IMG/VR virus record: IMGVR_UViG_3300024331_000007 | Span: 96,001-160,000 of that record | Source: a virus | Lineage: Duplodnaviria; Caudoviricetes | Length of the DNA stretch: 64,000 nt | Reading direction: 5' to 3' (one strand) | Shown: piece by piece, positions 47,203 to 55,587 of the stretch | How the letters are laid out: the number at the start of each line of letters is the position of its first letter | Position numbering within the stretch: position 1 is the first letter of the stretch | Notes under the pieces: model-generated | Databases searched by the model: none | What the model saw: only the letters and a program-made list of their open reading frames with translations | What the model was told of the DNA's origin: nothing | Translations under genes and position numbers: made by a program

Positions 47203-48141
47203 TTACTCACTGATCTTCTTTGTTTCGGTTGGTGTTACGGTAATAGCAGGTGTTACTGTAACTGCTGGAGCAGGTGCAGGAGTTGCTGCTGGTGTTGGAA
47301 CAACGATGATAGCTGGTGTGTTATTAACTGGTGCTGGAGCAGGTGCAGGAGTTGGCTCAGGAACCATTGCGAGGCAATCTTCCAAAGTCAGCTTGGCACG
47401 TTTTGCTGCGTCCGTTGAGCAAAGCAACTTTGCAGCCGCAGTGAAGTTATGCAAGAGAGCAAATTCACGCGCTGTTTCGCGAGTATCGCAACCCTTGTCA
47501 ATCTTGCCGCCGCCCAGCGATGCGCCGAAGAATGGCGAGGAAGCACCCGCTGAATAACTCTTCACGCATGGAGCAGAAGGAATTGCATCAGGAGCATATG
47601 CCATTGGAGTCTGACGAACTTCGTTGTAGGATGAGCTAACAGATGTGCTGTTACCTGAACCTGTGCTGTTGTTTGAAGATGCAGCAGAGCCACCCTGTCC
47701 ACCTGTCGCAGAAGCGTTACCGCCTGTTGCTGAAGATGAAGAGTTTCCGCTGTTGCTGACTCCCGACTTGCTGGAGCTAGAACTTGAGCTAGTATTTGTG
47801 TTGTTGTTCGTGGAATTTCCAGAGTCAGTTACGTTACCGCCCTGTCCAATTCCAATTCCAATTCCGACACCAACACCTGTTCCTTCGCCGCCGTTTCCGC
47901 CCTGTCCACCTTGACCGCCATTGCCTCCCTGACCACCATTACCTCCGTTGCCAGTTCCGCCGTTACCTCCGCCGTTGTTACCACCCTTATGACAGCTTGG
48001 ATCGCTCTTACCGCTGGAGTGATACTTGTTTCCCTTGCCACAATCTGTTCCGCTTCCAGTCGTATCAGCAAGCATAGAAACTGGGAATGCTGAGAGAGCA
48101 AGAGCAAAAACTGAGAGTGCCATAATCTTTGTGAATTTCAT
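47203..48141 (-). CDS. secreted Gly/Asn/Ser-rich protein with Cys domain and Pro/Ala tail
   Basis: signal peptide, GGNGGQ repeats, PSAPCVKSYSAG...CDTRE, PAPA linker. Confidence 0.7.
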   Translation of the reverse strand: MKFTKIMALSVFALALSAFPVSMLADTTGSGTDCGKGNKYHSSGKSDPSCHKGGNNGGGNGGTGNGGNGGQGGNGGQGGQGGNGGEGTGVGVGIGIGIGQGGNVTDSGNSTNNNTNTSSSSSSSKSGVSNSGNSSSSATGGNASATGGQGGSAASSNNSTGSGNSTSVSSSYNEVRQTPMAYAPDAIPSAPCVKSYSAGASSPFFGASLGGGKIDKGCDTRETAREFALLHNFTAAAKLLCSTDAAKRAKLTLEDCLAMVPEPTPAPAPAPVNNTPAIIVVPTPAATPAPAPAVTVTPAITVTPTETKKISE

Positions 48142-48216
48142 ATTTTAGTTCCTTTCATTTCTTGGTTTGGGTTATTTGTTAATAGCTGTAGCCTTAACTT
48201 TATTAGCTACAGAAGT

Positions 48217-48759
48217 TTATCGAACTCTGTACGTGGCTGTACTTGAGGGGGTTTCTTTGAACGTAATTGCACTAAGCCACGCGGTTCCGTTTGTCTTTTC
48301 TAAAACTATCGGAGAAAGAATCTCAAAAAAATGCTTTGCAAGATATTCTGAAGTCGGTGCTCCTCTGATAATGTATGTCTTACCAAAGTTCGACTGTCCT
48401 GCCCAAAAACTTTTGTGATTAACTGAATCAACAACATCATTATACCAATCAGTAAAGATATGATATGGTTGGCGTGTTAATTTCTCATCATATGCCATGT
48501 TGATAAACTTTGTATCGTGCAATGAAAGTATAATTCCATGATCACACAAAGCATCAACATGATCCATTAAGATTTGTTTAAGAAATCCATAATCCAAAAT
48601 CATGTCAGTTTGAGGACCATCTTCGATTAAATCACCTGTTAACTCCGCGATGATCGTTCCGCGATGTCCGTGCAGGTTTTTACATTTTGATTCGTGCTTT
48701 GGTACTCGATGTGCGTAATCAAAATCTATTTCTTTGGATATTGACTTCTCTTCAATCAT
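48217..48759 (-). CDS. queD: 6-carboxy-tetrahydropterin synthase
   Basis: FDYAHR...CKNLHGH, DHG, PTSEYLA, ETP. Confidence 0.88.
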   Translation of the reverse strand: MIEEKSISKEIDFDYAHRVPKHESKCKNLHGHRGTIIAELTGDLIEDGPQTDMILDYGFLKQILMDHVDALCDHGIILSLHDTKFINMAYDEKLTRQPYHIFTDWYNDVVDSVNHKSFWAGQSNFGKTYIIRGAPTSEYLAKHFFEILSPIVLEKTNGTAWLSAITFKETPSSTATYRVR

Positions 48760-48811
48760 ATTTCCTTCGTAACAGGTTTGAGTATAGTGTGACTGTTATC
48801 ACATGTCAAAA

Positions 48812-49390
48812 TTATTTTTTGGCTGATCGGTTACGAGTGTGTGACCTAATGGTAATCAACATTTCGTTATGAAGATCAGCGAGAGCGCCAGCATCATTTT
48901 CAGCATCGTGCGGTCTGCCACGAAATTTCAATCCAACGGATTCCAATGCTTCTGATAGCGGCAACTTGTATTTCTGGTTGTATGCACTTCGCCACAAAAT
49001 ACCAAAATCCAAAATGCCATTAATTGACCACGGATTAGGACAGGAATATTTTGCGCAATGTTCGGAGATTGGTTCGTAATCGCTTCCCCACGCATATGTA
49101 ATTTTGGTTTGCGGAGCGAACTCTTTCTTAATTGTTCGCATAACTTCTGGAAAGTAGTGGCCCTCATCAATTATTTTTGAACGAGTGATTCCTGTCAGTT
49201 TTGTGCAATAGTCGCTGACCTCAAAATGCTTACTTTGGGGTCTGACGAAATAACTTTTTCGGCGTATGATCTTGAGCGTTTCGGATTCAACTTCTACGAT
49301 GCCCAATTGTATAATGTGGTTTGTTTGACCATGTGGACAGTCTCCGTTCTCCCAACAAAGCATCTCTGCATCCAAAAACTGTATTTTCAT
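48812..49390 (-). CDS. DEDDh 3'-5' exonuclease (ERI/KapD-like)
   Basis: FLDAE, IIQLG, LTGIT, AWGSD, HDAENDA. Confidence 0.85.
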   Translation of the reverse strand: MKIQFLDAEMLCWENGDCPHGQTNHIIQLGIVEVESETLKIIRRKSYFVRPQSKHFEVSDYCTKLTGITRSKIIDEGHYFPEVMRTIKKEFAPQTKITYAWGSDYEPISEHCAKYSCPNPWSINGILDFGILWRSAYNQKYKLPLSEALESVGLKFRGRPHDAENDAGALADLHNEMLITIRSHTRNRSAKK

Positions 49391-49430
49391 AATTATTCTT
49401 TCTGCCAGTGGCGTATTACTTGAAGTATAA

Positions 49431-49502
49431 CATAAATACAAATGCGATTCGCGGTGTTGAAGCACCCAATCGCCCTAACGCTATTATGGAGCGCCAGCTA
49501 TG
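49431..49502 (+). promoter_or_regulatory. late box plus conserved two-hairpin leader, copy 3
   Basis: CATAAATA; GCGATT-CGC-GGTG-6nt-CACC-C-AATCGC; CGCT-attatgg-AGCG; CAGC-TATG. Confidence 0.75.
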
Positions 49503-50162
49503 GATATTTACTCCGCAAAATTTTCCCAAGACAAAAAATTTTATGTTTACGAATATCTTCGCGCACATAAATCAAAATATGGTGATATTGGAAGTCCCTA
49601 CTATGTAGGTAAAGGAACTGGTAGTAGAGCGTTTTCAAACGATCATACCACCAAACCGCCAAAAGACAAAAACAATATTCGTGTTTCAAGTTTGATGAAC
49701 GAAGCTGACGCTTTTCAAAACGAAATGTTCAAAATTATGTTGTCGGGCCGTATTGATCTTGGAACTGGTTGCTTACGAAATAGGACTGACGGCGGCGAAG
49801 GTTCGTCTGGAGCAATTCGTACTCAAGATACAATTCGTAAATGCGTAGAAGTTAGAAAACGAAACAATTCTTACAAACGAACTAAAGAAGCAGACAAAAA
49901 AGCCAATGCAACAAAATTTAAAAATGGAACTCATCGTCGTAGCAAAGACTCTCTTATAAAACAAATCAATACTAGGCGAGAAAAAGGTAACTTGAATACC
50001 TGTACTCTTGAAAGTAGAAGAAAATCAGTAGAAACACGAAAAGCAAATGGAACTCTCGGTCGCACCAAGGAATCTATAGCAAAAGGTCTTGCCACACGAA
50101 TATCAAAATATGGCCCATTTGCAAAACCAAAGTTTGAATTGTATTTGCCTTGTATTCTTTAA
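49500..50162 (+). CDS. GIY-YIG endonuclease adjacent to the tmRNA gene
   Basis: FYVYEYLR...PYYVGKG, LRNRTDGGEG, basic repeats. Confidence 0.85.
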   Translation: MDIYSAKFSQDKKFYVYEYLRAHKSKYGDIGSPYYVGKGTGSRAFSNDHTTKPPKDKNNIRVSSLMNEADAFQNEMFKIMLSGRIDLGTGCLRNRTDGGEGSSGAIRTQDTIRKCVEVRKRNNSYKRTKEADKKANATKFKNGTHRRSKDSLIKQINTRREKGNLNTCTLESRRKSVETRKANGTLGRTKESIAKGLATRISKYGPFAKPKFELYLPCIL

Positions 50163-50164
50163 CA

Positions 50165-50480
50165 AGGAACAAGGCTAAAACCTCGGAGTAGTTTTTAGGC
50201 TACTGGCACCGCTACGCGGTTGAGAGCAACTGTGTAAGTTGCAATCTCGGCATTGCGGCCACTGTTGTTCACAGCAATTATAGTTTCCATTCCCTTAACG
50301 TCAGGCTTGGTACTCGGTTCGTAACTAACGCTATATTTGACCCGTCGAAACCTTGGCACCCACATTTGAAAAACGTAATACATAAATTGGTGTAGGTGGC
50401 GGGAATCGAACCCGCGTCCGAATCAGTATAACGTGAGTCTCTCTCACACGAACGTCATTCGCAAAAACATCTTTACGAAT
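50165..50480 (-). ncRNA. ssrA: circularly permuted (two-piece) tmRNA
   Basis: acceptor piece ends GCGGG-TTCGATT-CCCGC-CACCTAC-A-CCA at 50388; after a 24-nt spacer the coding piece starts GTGGGTG-CCAAGGTTTCGAC-GGG at 50363; G3.U70; resume context TATAATT-GCT; tag frame 50275-50195; outer ends approximate. Confidence 0.88.
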
Positions 50481-50482
50481 GT

Positions 50483-51018
50483 TTAGGACTTTTCAGTCCT
50501 GAGCTTCGATGCGGCCTTCACTAAATCCGCATCATATGTCACATGAAACTTTACTTCAAAATCTTCAACCTTCTTTCCAGTCTTCCCATCTAAAACTTGA
50601 GTCCGTTTCAAAGTGCTATTCAACTTTCCATCGCACTTTGTATTCTTTTTCTTCAACTCGTCAATGAAATTGAGAGCCTCAGAACATTTCGCAAAATCTT
50701 TTACAGTGAGGTTCATTAGTTTGAATACCTACGTGAACCTTTCCGATCAGTCAACCACTCCAGATTCACACGCTTCGCAGTTTCAGTATTCTCACCAGCA
50801 TCAACAAGTTTGTTCCAGACAGTCGCAAAATTTCGTGCGGCATCTTCAGGAACGTCAGCAGCAATAAACTGTCCAGTCACACCGTCAAAAACATCAACAG
50901 TGTCCATTAGCGCGTTTGGGTTTTGCGCAGGAACCAAAATTACGTGATTTCCAGCTTCGCGCAACTTTTCTGTGATTGCTTCATCAAACCATTTCGTCAT
51001 TTCGTTCCTACTTTCCAT
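50483..51018 (-). CDS. two hypothetical genes (50483-50716, 50716-51018)
   Basis: TAATG-coupled; both contain V(L/F)DG(K/V)TG. Confidence 0.6.
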
Positions 51019-51024
51019 TCATAG

Positions 51025-51582
51025 TTAGTTCGATTGCAAATTCCTTTTATATGGTCTTCGTAGCATATATTCTTTTACTTCTTTGCTTGCCCAATCTGGT
51101 TGAGAATCAAGGTCAACCAATAATCTGTTATGTCCAGCACAAATTTCACCCCTGTAATTATTCGGATTTATTTTCTGACCATCATGGTAATGATCCGAAT
51201 TGAGACGATTTGATTGAACTAAACAATTCGGAAATTGACAAACCCGCATCGCTCCCATTGCTTTGATTTCTTCTACTGTAAAACTTCCCTTCAAAAATCG
51301 ATCAAATCGAACATTACCACATTCTTTACATATAAATTTTTGCCTTCCGTGTTCACATATTTGTGATCCTTTACATTTCTTACAATGGCTTTTTCGCTTT
51401 CCGTGTTCACATATTCCAGCGCCACAACATTCCTTACATTGATATTTTAATCTGTTATGTTCACATATTCCCGAGCCATTACATAACCTACATCTAGTTC
51501 TTTGTTTTTTGTGTTCACATAAACCAGAACCATCACATTCTTTACATCGATCTTTACGTCTTCCATGTTTACAAGTAGTCAT
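51025..51582 (-). CDS. CEH zinc-repeat protein fused to an Endonuclease VII-like domain
   Basis: five 18-aa C(E/K)H....CK.C.G..I repeats, then C...C...SDHYH...RGEICAGHNRLL. Confidence 0.75.
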   Translation of the reverse strand: MTTCKHGRRKDRCKECDGSGLCEHKKQRTRCRLCNGSGICEHNRLKYQCKECCGAGICEHGKRKSHCKKCKGSQICEHGRQKFICKECGNVRFDRFLKGSFTVEEIKAMGAMRVCQFPNCLVQSNRLNSDHYHDGQKINPNNYRGEICAGHNRLLVDLDSQPDWASKEVKEYMLRRPYKRNLQSN

Positions 51583-51644
51583 GATGTTCCATTTTCAGTA
51601 TACAGCTATTTATTGCCGTTGTCAAGGTCAGTTATGACCAAAGT

Positions 51645-53591
51645 TTACATTTCCAGAGAAAGTAACACAGCCCTTTCTTTTGAAAGCTTTACAATCTGTG
51701 CAGAATTTTTTGAGATTGATTTGGATCGTTTTCCAGTTGAAAGACTCACTGATTTTTCGTTGATTTTAGTGATTCGCCCAACTTGAAGATTGGTGTAGTT
51801 AAAAGTTGCGTATGCAACCCAATCTCCAATAGTCAACTCTTCGCCAAGAAAATCTTTATATTTGGTTGGCAACACTGGTTTCGGTGGAGCAATAGTTTTT
51901 CTCGCTCTTTTGTCTGCTTTGTTTGCCTCAATAACTTTGGCGATGATTTCATCTTTTTCAGGAGATAGAATGATTACATTCTGCGTTTTTCTCCCCTCTT
52001 CAATAACGAAAATTACTTTGTTTCCAGCAGGATGGGCGTAAATCACTGTGCTGTCATTTGAATCTGGAGAGACTACATAATTGTTTGCCACTAGAAGTTT
52101 ACGAATCGAATCTTCTTTGAAGGAAAGCAAATTAGCAAGACGAGAGTAACGAACATCTCCAAATGTCCCTGAAACTAGATTTGTAACGGTAAACGTCGGA
52201 TCATAATTTGTGATGAGGTATAACTTTGTTGTCTTACATTTTGGACATGTGTACCTAGTAGTTTCAAGTTGATTCCACGAACCCCGCATAACATATGCAG
52301 TATATTCAGATGAAAATGTATGTCTGTATGGGCAACGCAATAATCCAAAAGCCATATGTTTATCCTTGTATGAACATTTGCAACATTGCTTGTTCATCTG
52401 TGAGTCGTATGATTTGTGTTGGCATCTTTTTAATAACGGTTTTCCTAGTTCTAACTCTTATGTGAACGCTTGTTCTGGTCAATTTTTCAACTTTGCCTAA
52501 AATAATTTTTCCATTATATGTGCCGCCATAACCTCTTATGTATCCTGTGCTATATGTTGTGGCAACCCAATCTGAAGGTTTTAGTTCGTTTCCGATGGCG
52601 TCTTTAACGACAACCTTTTTACCTTCTACCAATTCTGTCGGAACTTTGAAAACTTGTGCTGAGGTTTTTGTAATTGTTCGGCTTTTTCCATTGGGTAAAA
52701 CCACAACGCTATTTGTGTTAAAATCAACAACCTTTCCAAAAATAGATTTTCCCGTTGCTGTCTTATAAAAAGCAACCCAATCGTTGATCTGTATTTCCGA
52801 TCCAACACAATCTGTCATCATTGCTCCAATGCCATGAGCAAAGATTGCTCTGGCGTAAGTAAAAATATTTGTTCGGAAGTTTTGTACGGCAATACAATCT
52901 TTCCCTTTTGAATTTTCGCACCGATGAGCATTTGATCATCAGTATGCCACGAATTTTCTTTGAATTTCTCAATTGCCGTCACACGGCCAAACGACAAACT
53001 TTTAGTTCCCCACGCACAAACCCAGCATCCAACTGTTACATCATTTCCTCTTGCATCTTTCATTGAAGCAATCTTTGGCTTGGGTTTCGGTGCTGGTTCT
53101 GCCGCCTTGGCTGCTTTATCCACCTTCGCACATTCAATCAGTTTCGGGAATAATAGATCATCGGAGCAATGCAAGCCAATATACATTTCCGTTGTTTTGC
53201 GCTTCCGTGAGAACTTGAAAAGTACATATTCTTTCAGTTCGTTTTCCAAAATGATTTCAGTTTGTCCTGTTTTAGTTGGCGCGAATCCGTTTGCCTCCAA
53301 TGTATCCAGCAAAGAATCCTTTTTATAATTGCCATACGTGGATGAACCATAATTGTAGAACAATTCCTTAGCAAAGGTAACAACAATCATTTTTTTGAAT
53401 GTCAAGGCAGGATGAACATAATTAGCCAAAACTTTCGCATGTATGTTTGCGCAGTTTGGACATTTGGCAGTGAAACTATCTTTCGATGAAATCCAAAGAT
53501 GTTTGCAACCATATGTACATTCGTAGAGACTATGAATCTCTTTCTTCGTATTTGAATTTTGAAATGGAGTTCGAACTAGAATCGCTGGCAT
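51645..53591 (-). CDS. three genes sharing an SH3/KOW-like domain (51645-52397, 52360-52821, 52818-53591)
   Basis: four copies of KD..G.E...(G/N/S)DWVA...G(K/R)(I/V)...Q(I/V)..L..EQ. Confidence 0.75.
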
Positions 53592-53830
53592 TAGTCAAAA
53601 TCCTCATCGTCCCAAATTTTGCTGTTTCCATTGAAATGCTTGGAATCAGGATACAGAACAATTTCTTCCTCTTCATCCAACACGTCCCGCCACGTCTTTT
53701 TGTAACGGGATGGGCGTTGGTTCTTAGGAGTAATCACGAAGGATGCTTTGGGTGTACCAACACGATCACGCGCATTGCTCTTAACTGCGGAGACTTTGCT
53801 GAACGTCTGCTTTTTTCTTGACTTCGCCAT
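53591..53830 (-). CDS. small basic protein with acidic tail
   Basis: AAAGGGA SD; MAKSRKKQTFSKVSAVKSNARDRVGTPK. Confidence 0.65.
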   Translation of the reverse strand: MAKSRKKQTFSKVSAVKSNARDRVGTPKASFVITPKNQRPSRYKKTWRDVLDEEEEIVLYPDSKHFNGNSKIWDDEDFD

Positions 53831-53993
53831 AGTTCCCTTTCTTAGCAACCGTGAAATAAAACAAGGACAATGAAAACCCACGCAAAGACAGTCCAACGAT
53901 AATCCTTGTTGGCCTCATACTCATTACGAGGATTGCGTCTGCGATGACCGAAGTACGCAATAACAAAGATGATGAAAATCAGAGTCAGCATGT

Positions 53994-54656
53994 TTACCTT
54001 TCTTCGTCCAAATTGATTTCGTCCATACGTCGAACATCAAATTCGTTCAGACAGATGAATCGAGTGCCATTGAGATTCTTCATCCACGAAAAATGCCAAT
54101 GCCCAAAAAACCATATCTTCGGTTGATACGCTTCGAACATTGCCGATAACGCCTGTCCAGTGCGAGTCGGTTTTACTGACTCTTCTCGGTACGATCCATA
54201 ATTGCCAATGTTGAAACGAGTTAAAATCCACTGAGTTGCTTGATTAGGACCATCATGAGTAATCACAACATCGGGCTTGTATTCCAAATACAAATCAAAC
54301 GCTTCGCCCAATTCCTTGATAGTCAATTCCTCTTCAGGCCACCAAGAAATACCCTCGACTCGCATAGCACGATCAATGCTCCATGCGCCACTCAGATAAA
54401 AAACTCTGTGCCCGTCAATCTCAGCCGTTCCATAGTCACCCAAATAGTTTGGATGCGCACGACAGAAAGCAGGAGCATCATGATTCCCGCGAATAAATTT
54501 CATTTGCTTCGGAAAATCTGGGCTCTGAGATTTTGGAAACCCCAACCCCAAATCACCGACTTGAACAACAGTTTCATCTGGAAACTGTGCTTTCAACCGT
54601 TTCAATTCCTTTCTGAATCGATCCAACATTCCGTGTACATCGCCAACCAAAATCAT
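53994..54656 (-). CDS. calcineurin-like metallophosphoesterase
   Basis: GDVHG, GDLG, GNHD, SIDR, THDGP, FGHWH. Confidence 0.9.
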   Translation of the reverse strand: MILVGDVHGMLDRFRKELKRLKAQFPDETVVQVGDLGLGFPKSQSPDFPKQMKFIRGNHDAPAFCRAHPNYLGDYGTAEIDGHRVFYLSGAWSIDRAMRVEGISWWPEEELTIKELGEAFDLYLEYKPDVVITHDGPNQATQWILTRFNIGNYGSYREESVKPTRTGQALSAMFEAYQPKIWFFGHWHFSWMKNLNGTRFICLNEFDVRRMDEINLDEER

Positions 54657-54673
54657 AGTATGCTCCAGCCTCT

Positions 54674-54702
54674 AGTATATCAAAACAAAAGAGTTGCGTC
54701 AA
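54674..54702 (-). promoter_or_regulatory. sigma70-type promoter
   Basis: TTGACG-17-TATACT. Confidence 0.7.
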
Positions 54703-54757
54703 TAAAAACACAAAACCCTAAACCTATGAAAATACAGGGCTTAGGGTTTTGTTTTTT
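54703..54757. terminator. bidirectional terminator-like inverted repeat
   Basis: CAAAACCCTAA...TTAGGGTTTTG with A and T tracts on either side. Confidence 0.65.
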
Positions 54758-54766
54758 GGTAGAGAG

Positions 54767-55072
54767 CTACTCGCCAAAAACTATTGGATTTGTCTCAATG
54801 ATTGGTGCATCTTCGGGTGTTGGGACTGCTCCGCGTTTGTAATGTAACTTTCCTTGTCTCAATTCTTCCAGTGCAATCTTTGCAAAACGATGTGGAGGAA
54901 TTTCAATTCGCTTGAAAGGATTAAACTCTGAACCAACATTGCCCACTCCCTTGCGAATCGGCGCTCCATTCATTAATTGCCGGGTGCGATGCATAATAAC
55001 CTGAGCAAGTTGAAAGCGACTTCCTACTATTTCTTGATGCTGTTGAATTGTATTTGCGTCTTTTGATAACAT
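54767..55072 (-). CDS. rpoZ: RNA polymerase omega subunit homolog
   Basis: EIVGSRFQLAQVIMHRTRQL and AKIALEELRQGKL match omega K.GNRFDLV..AARRARQ / IALREI.EG. Confidence 0.75.
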   Translation of the reverse strand: MLSKDANTIQQHQEIVGSRFQLAQVIMHRTRQLMNGAPIRKGVGNVGSEFNPFKRIEIPPHRFAKIALEELRQGKLHYKRGAVPTPEDAPIIETNPIVFGE

Positions 55073-55085
55073 TGGACCCTCAAAA

Positions 55086-55337
55086 TCATTCGTTAGTTGC
55101 TGTTGTGGTTTCTTTCTCGTCTGTTTCTTGACCAGCATCATATCCTTTATTAAAGGCTTCTCGAATCTGACTGGTCAAATATGCGCTTACCATAATGACT
55201 GACATCATCGTAATTGTGTTGTATATTTTCGACACTATGATAACTGCACATAGAAATGCCGCAATCCAATTGTGAGTGTACAGGATGCCGCATTCCAAAA
55301 CAAATAAAGCGAGAAGTTGTGGTATGGATTTGTGCAT
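55086..55337 (-). CDS. small membrane protein
   Basis: hydrophobic N-terminal two thirds. Confidence 0.55.
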   Translation of the reverse strand: MHKSIPQLLALFVLECGILYTHNWIAAFLCAVIIVSKIYNTITMMSVIMVSAYLTSQIREAFNKGYDAGQETDEKETTTATNE

Positions 55338-55587
55338 GGTGGGGACAAAAACTCTATCATGCCATCAAGCATCTAAGTTTGGATATTTGTCAATTTCTTC
55401 AAGCAGCTTATTATACTTGTCCATTGCTGCTGTTTCTTGCCCAGACATTTTTCCCCGTTTCCATTTGGAGTGAAACGATACTACTGGACTGCGACTTCTA
55501 TGCCTTTAGGCTCCATCGCAGTCCATAAAACAATTTGGTGTTAATACTCTCTAAGTTTGTTTCAATCACTTATTAATTTCAGTTAGT

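Noticed and set aside
47600-48000. Low-complexity GGC/AAC repeats
   Set aside because: They encode Gly/Asn/Ser linkers of the secreted protein.
50195-50383. 62-aa ORF in the track
   Set aside because: It is the tmRNA tag frame extended upstream through the tRNA-like domain, with no SD.
50388-50420. Possible tRNA or tRNA-fragment attachment site
   Set aside because: There is no D or anticodon arm upstream. Its partner strand lies downstream and continues into a tag frame, so tmRNA explains it better.
51240-51580. Periodic TGTGAACAC-like repeats that could suggest a CRISPR array
   Set aside because: They have a 54-nt period, are in frame and degenerate at wobble positions, so they encode the CEH repeats. 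No CRISPR array was seen in the window.
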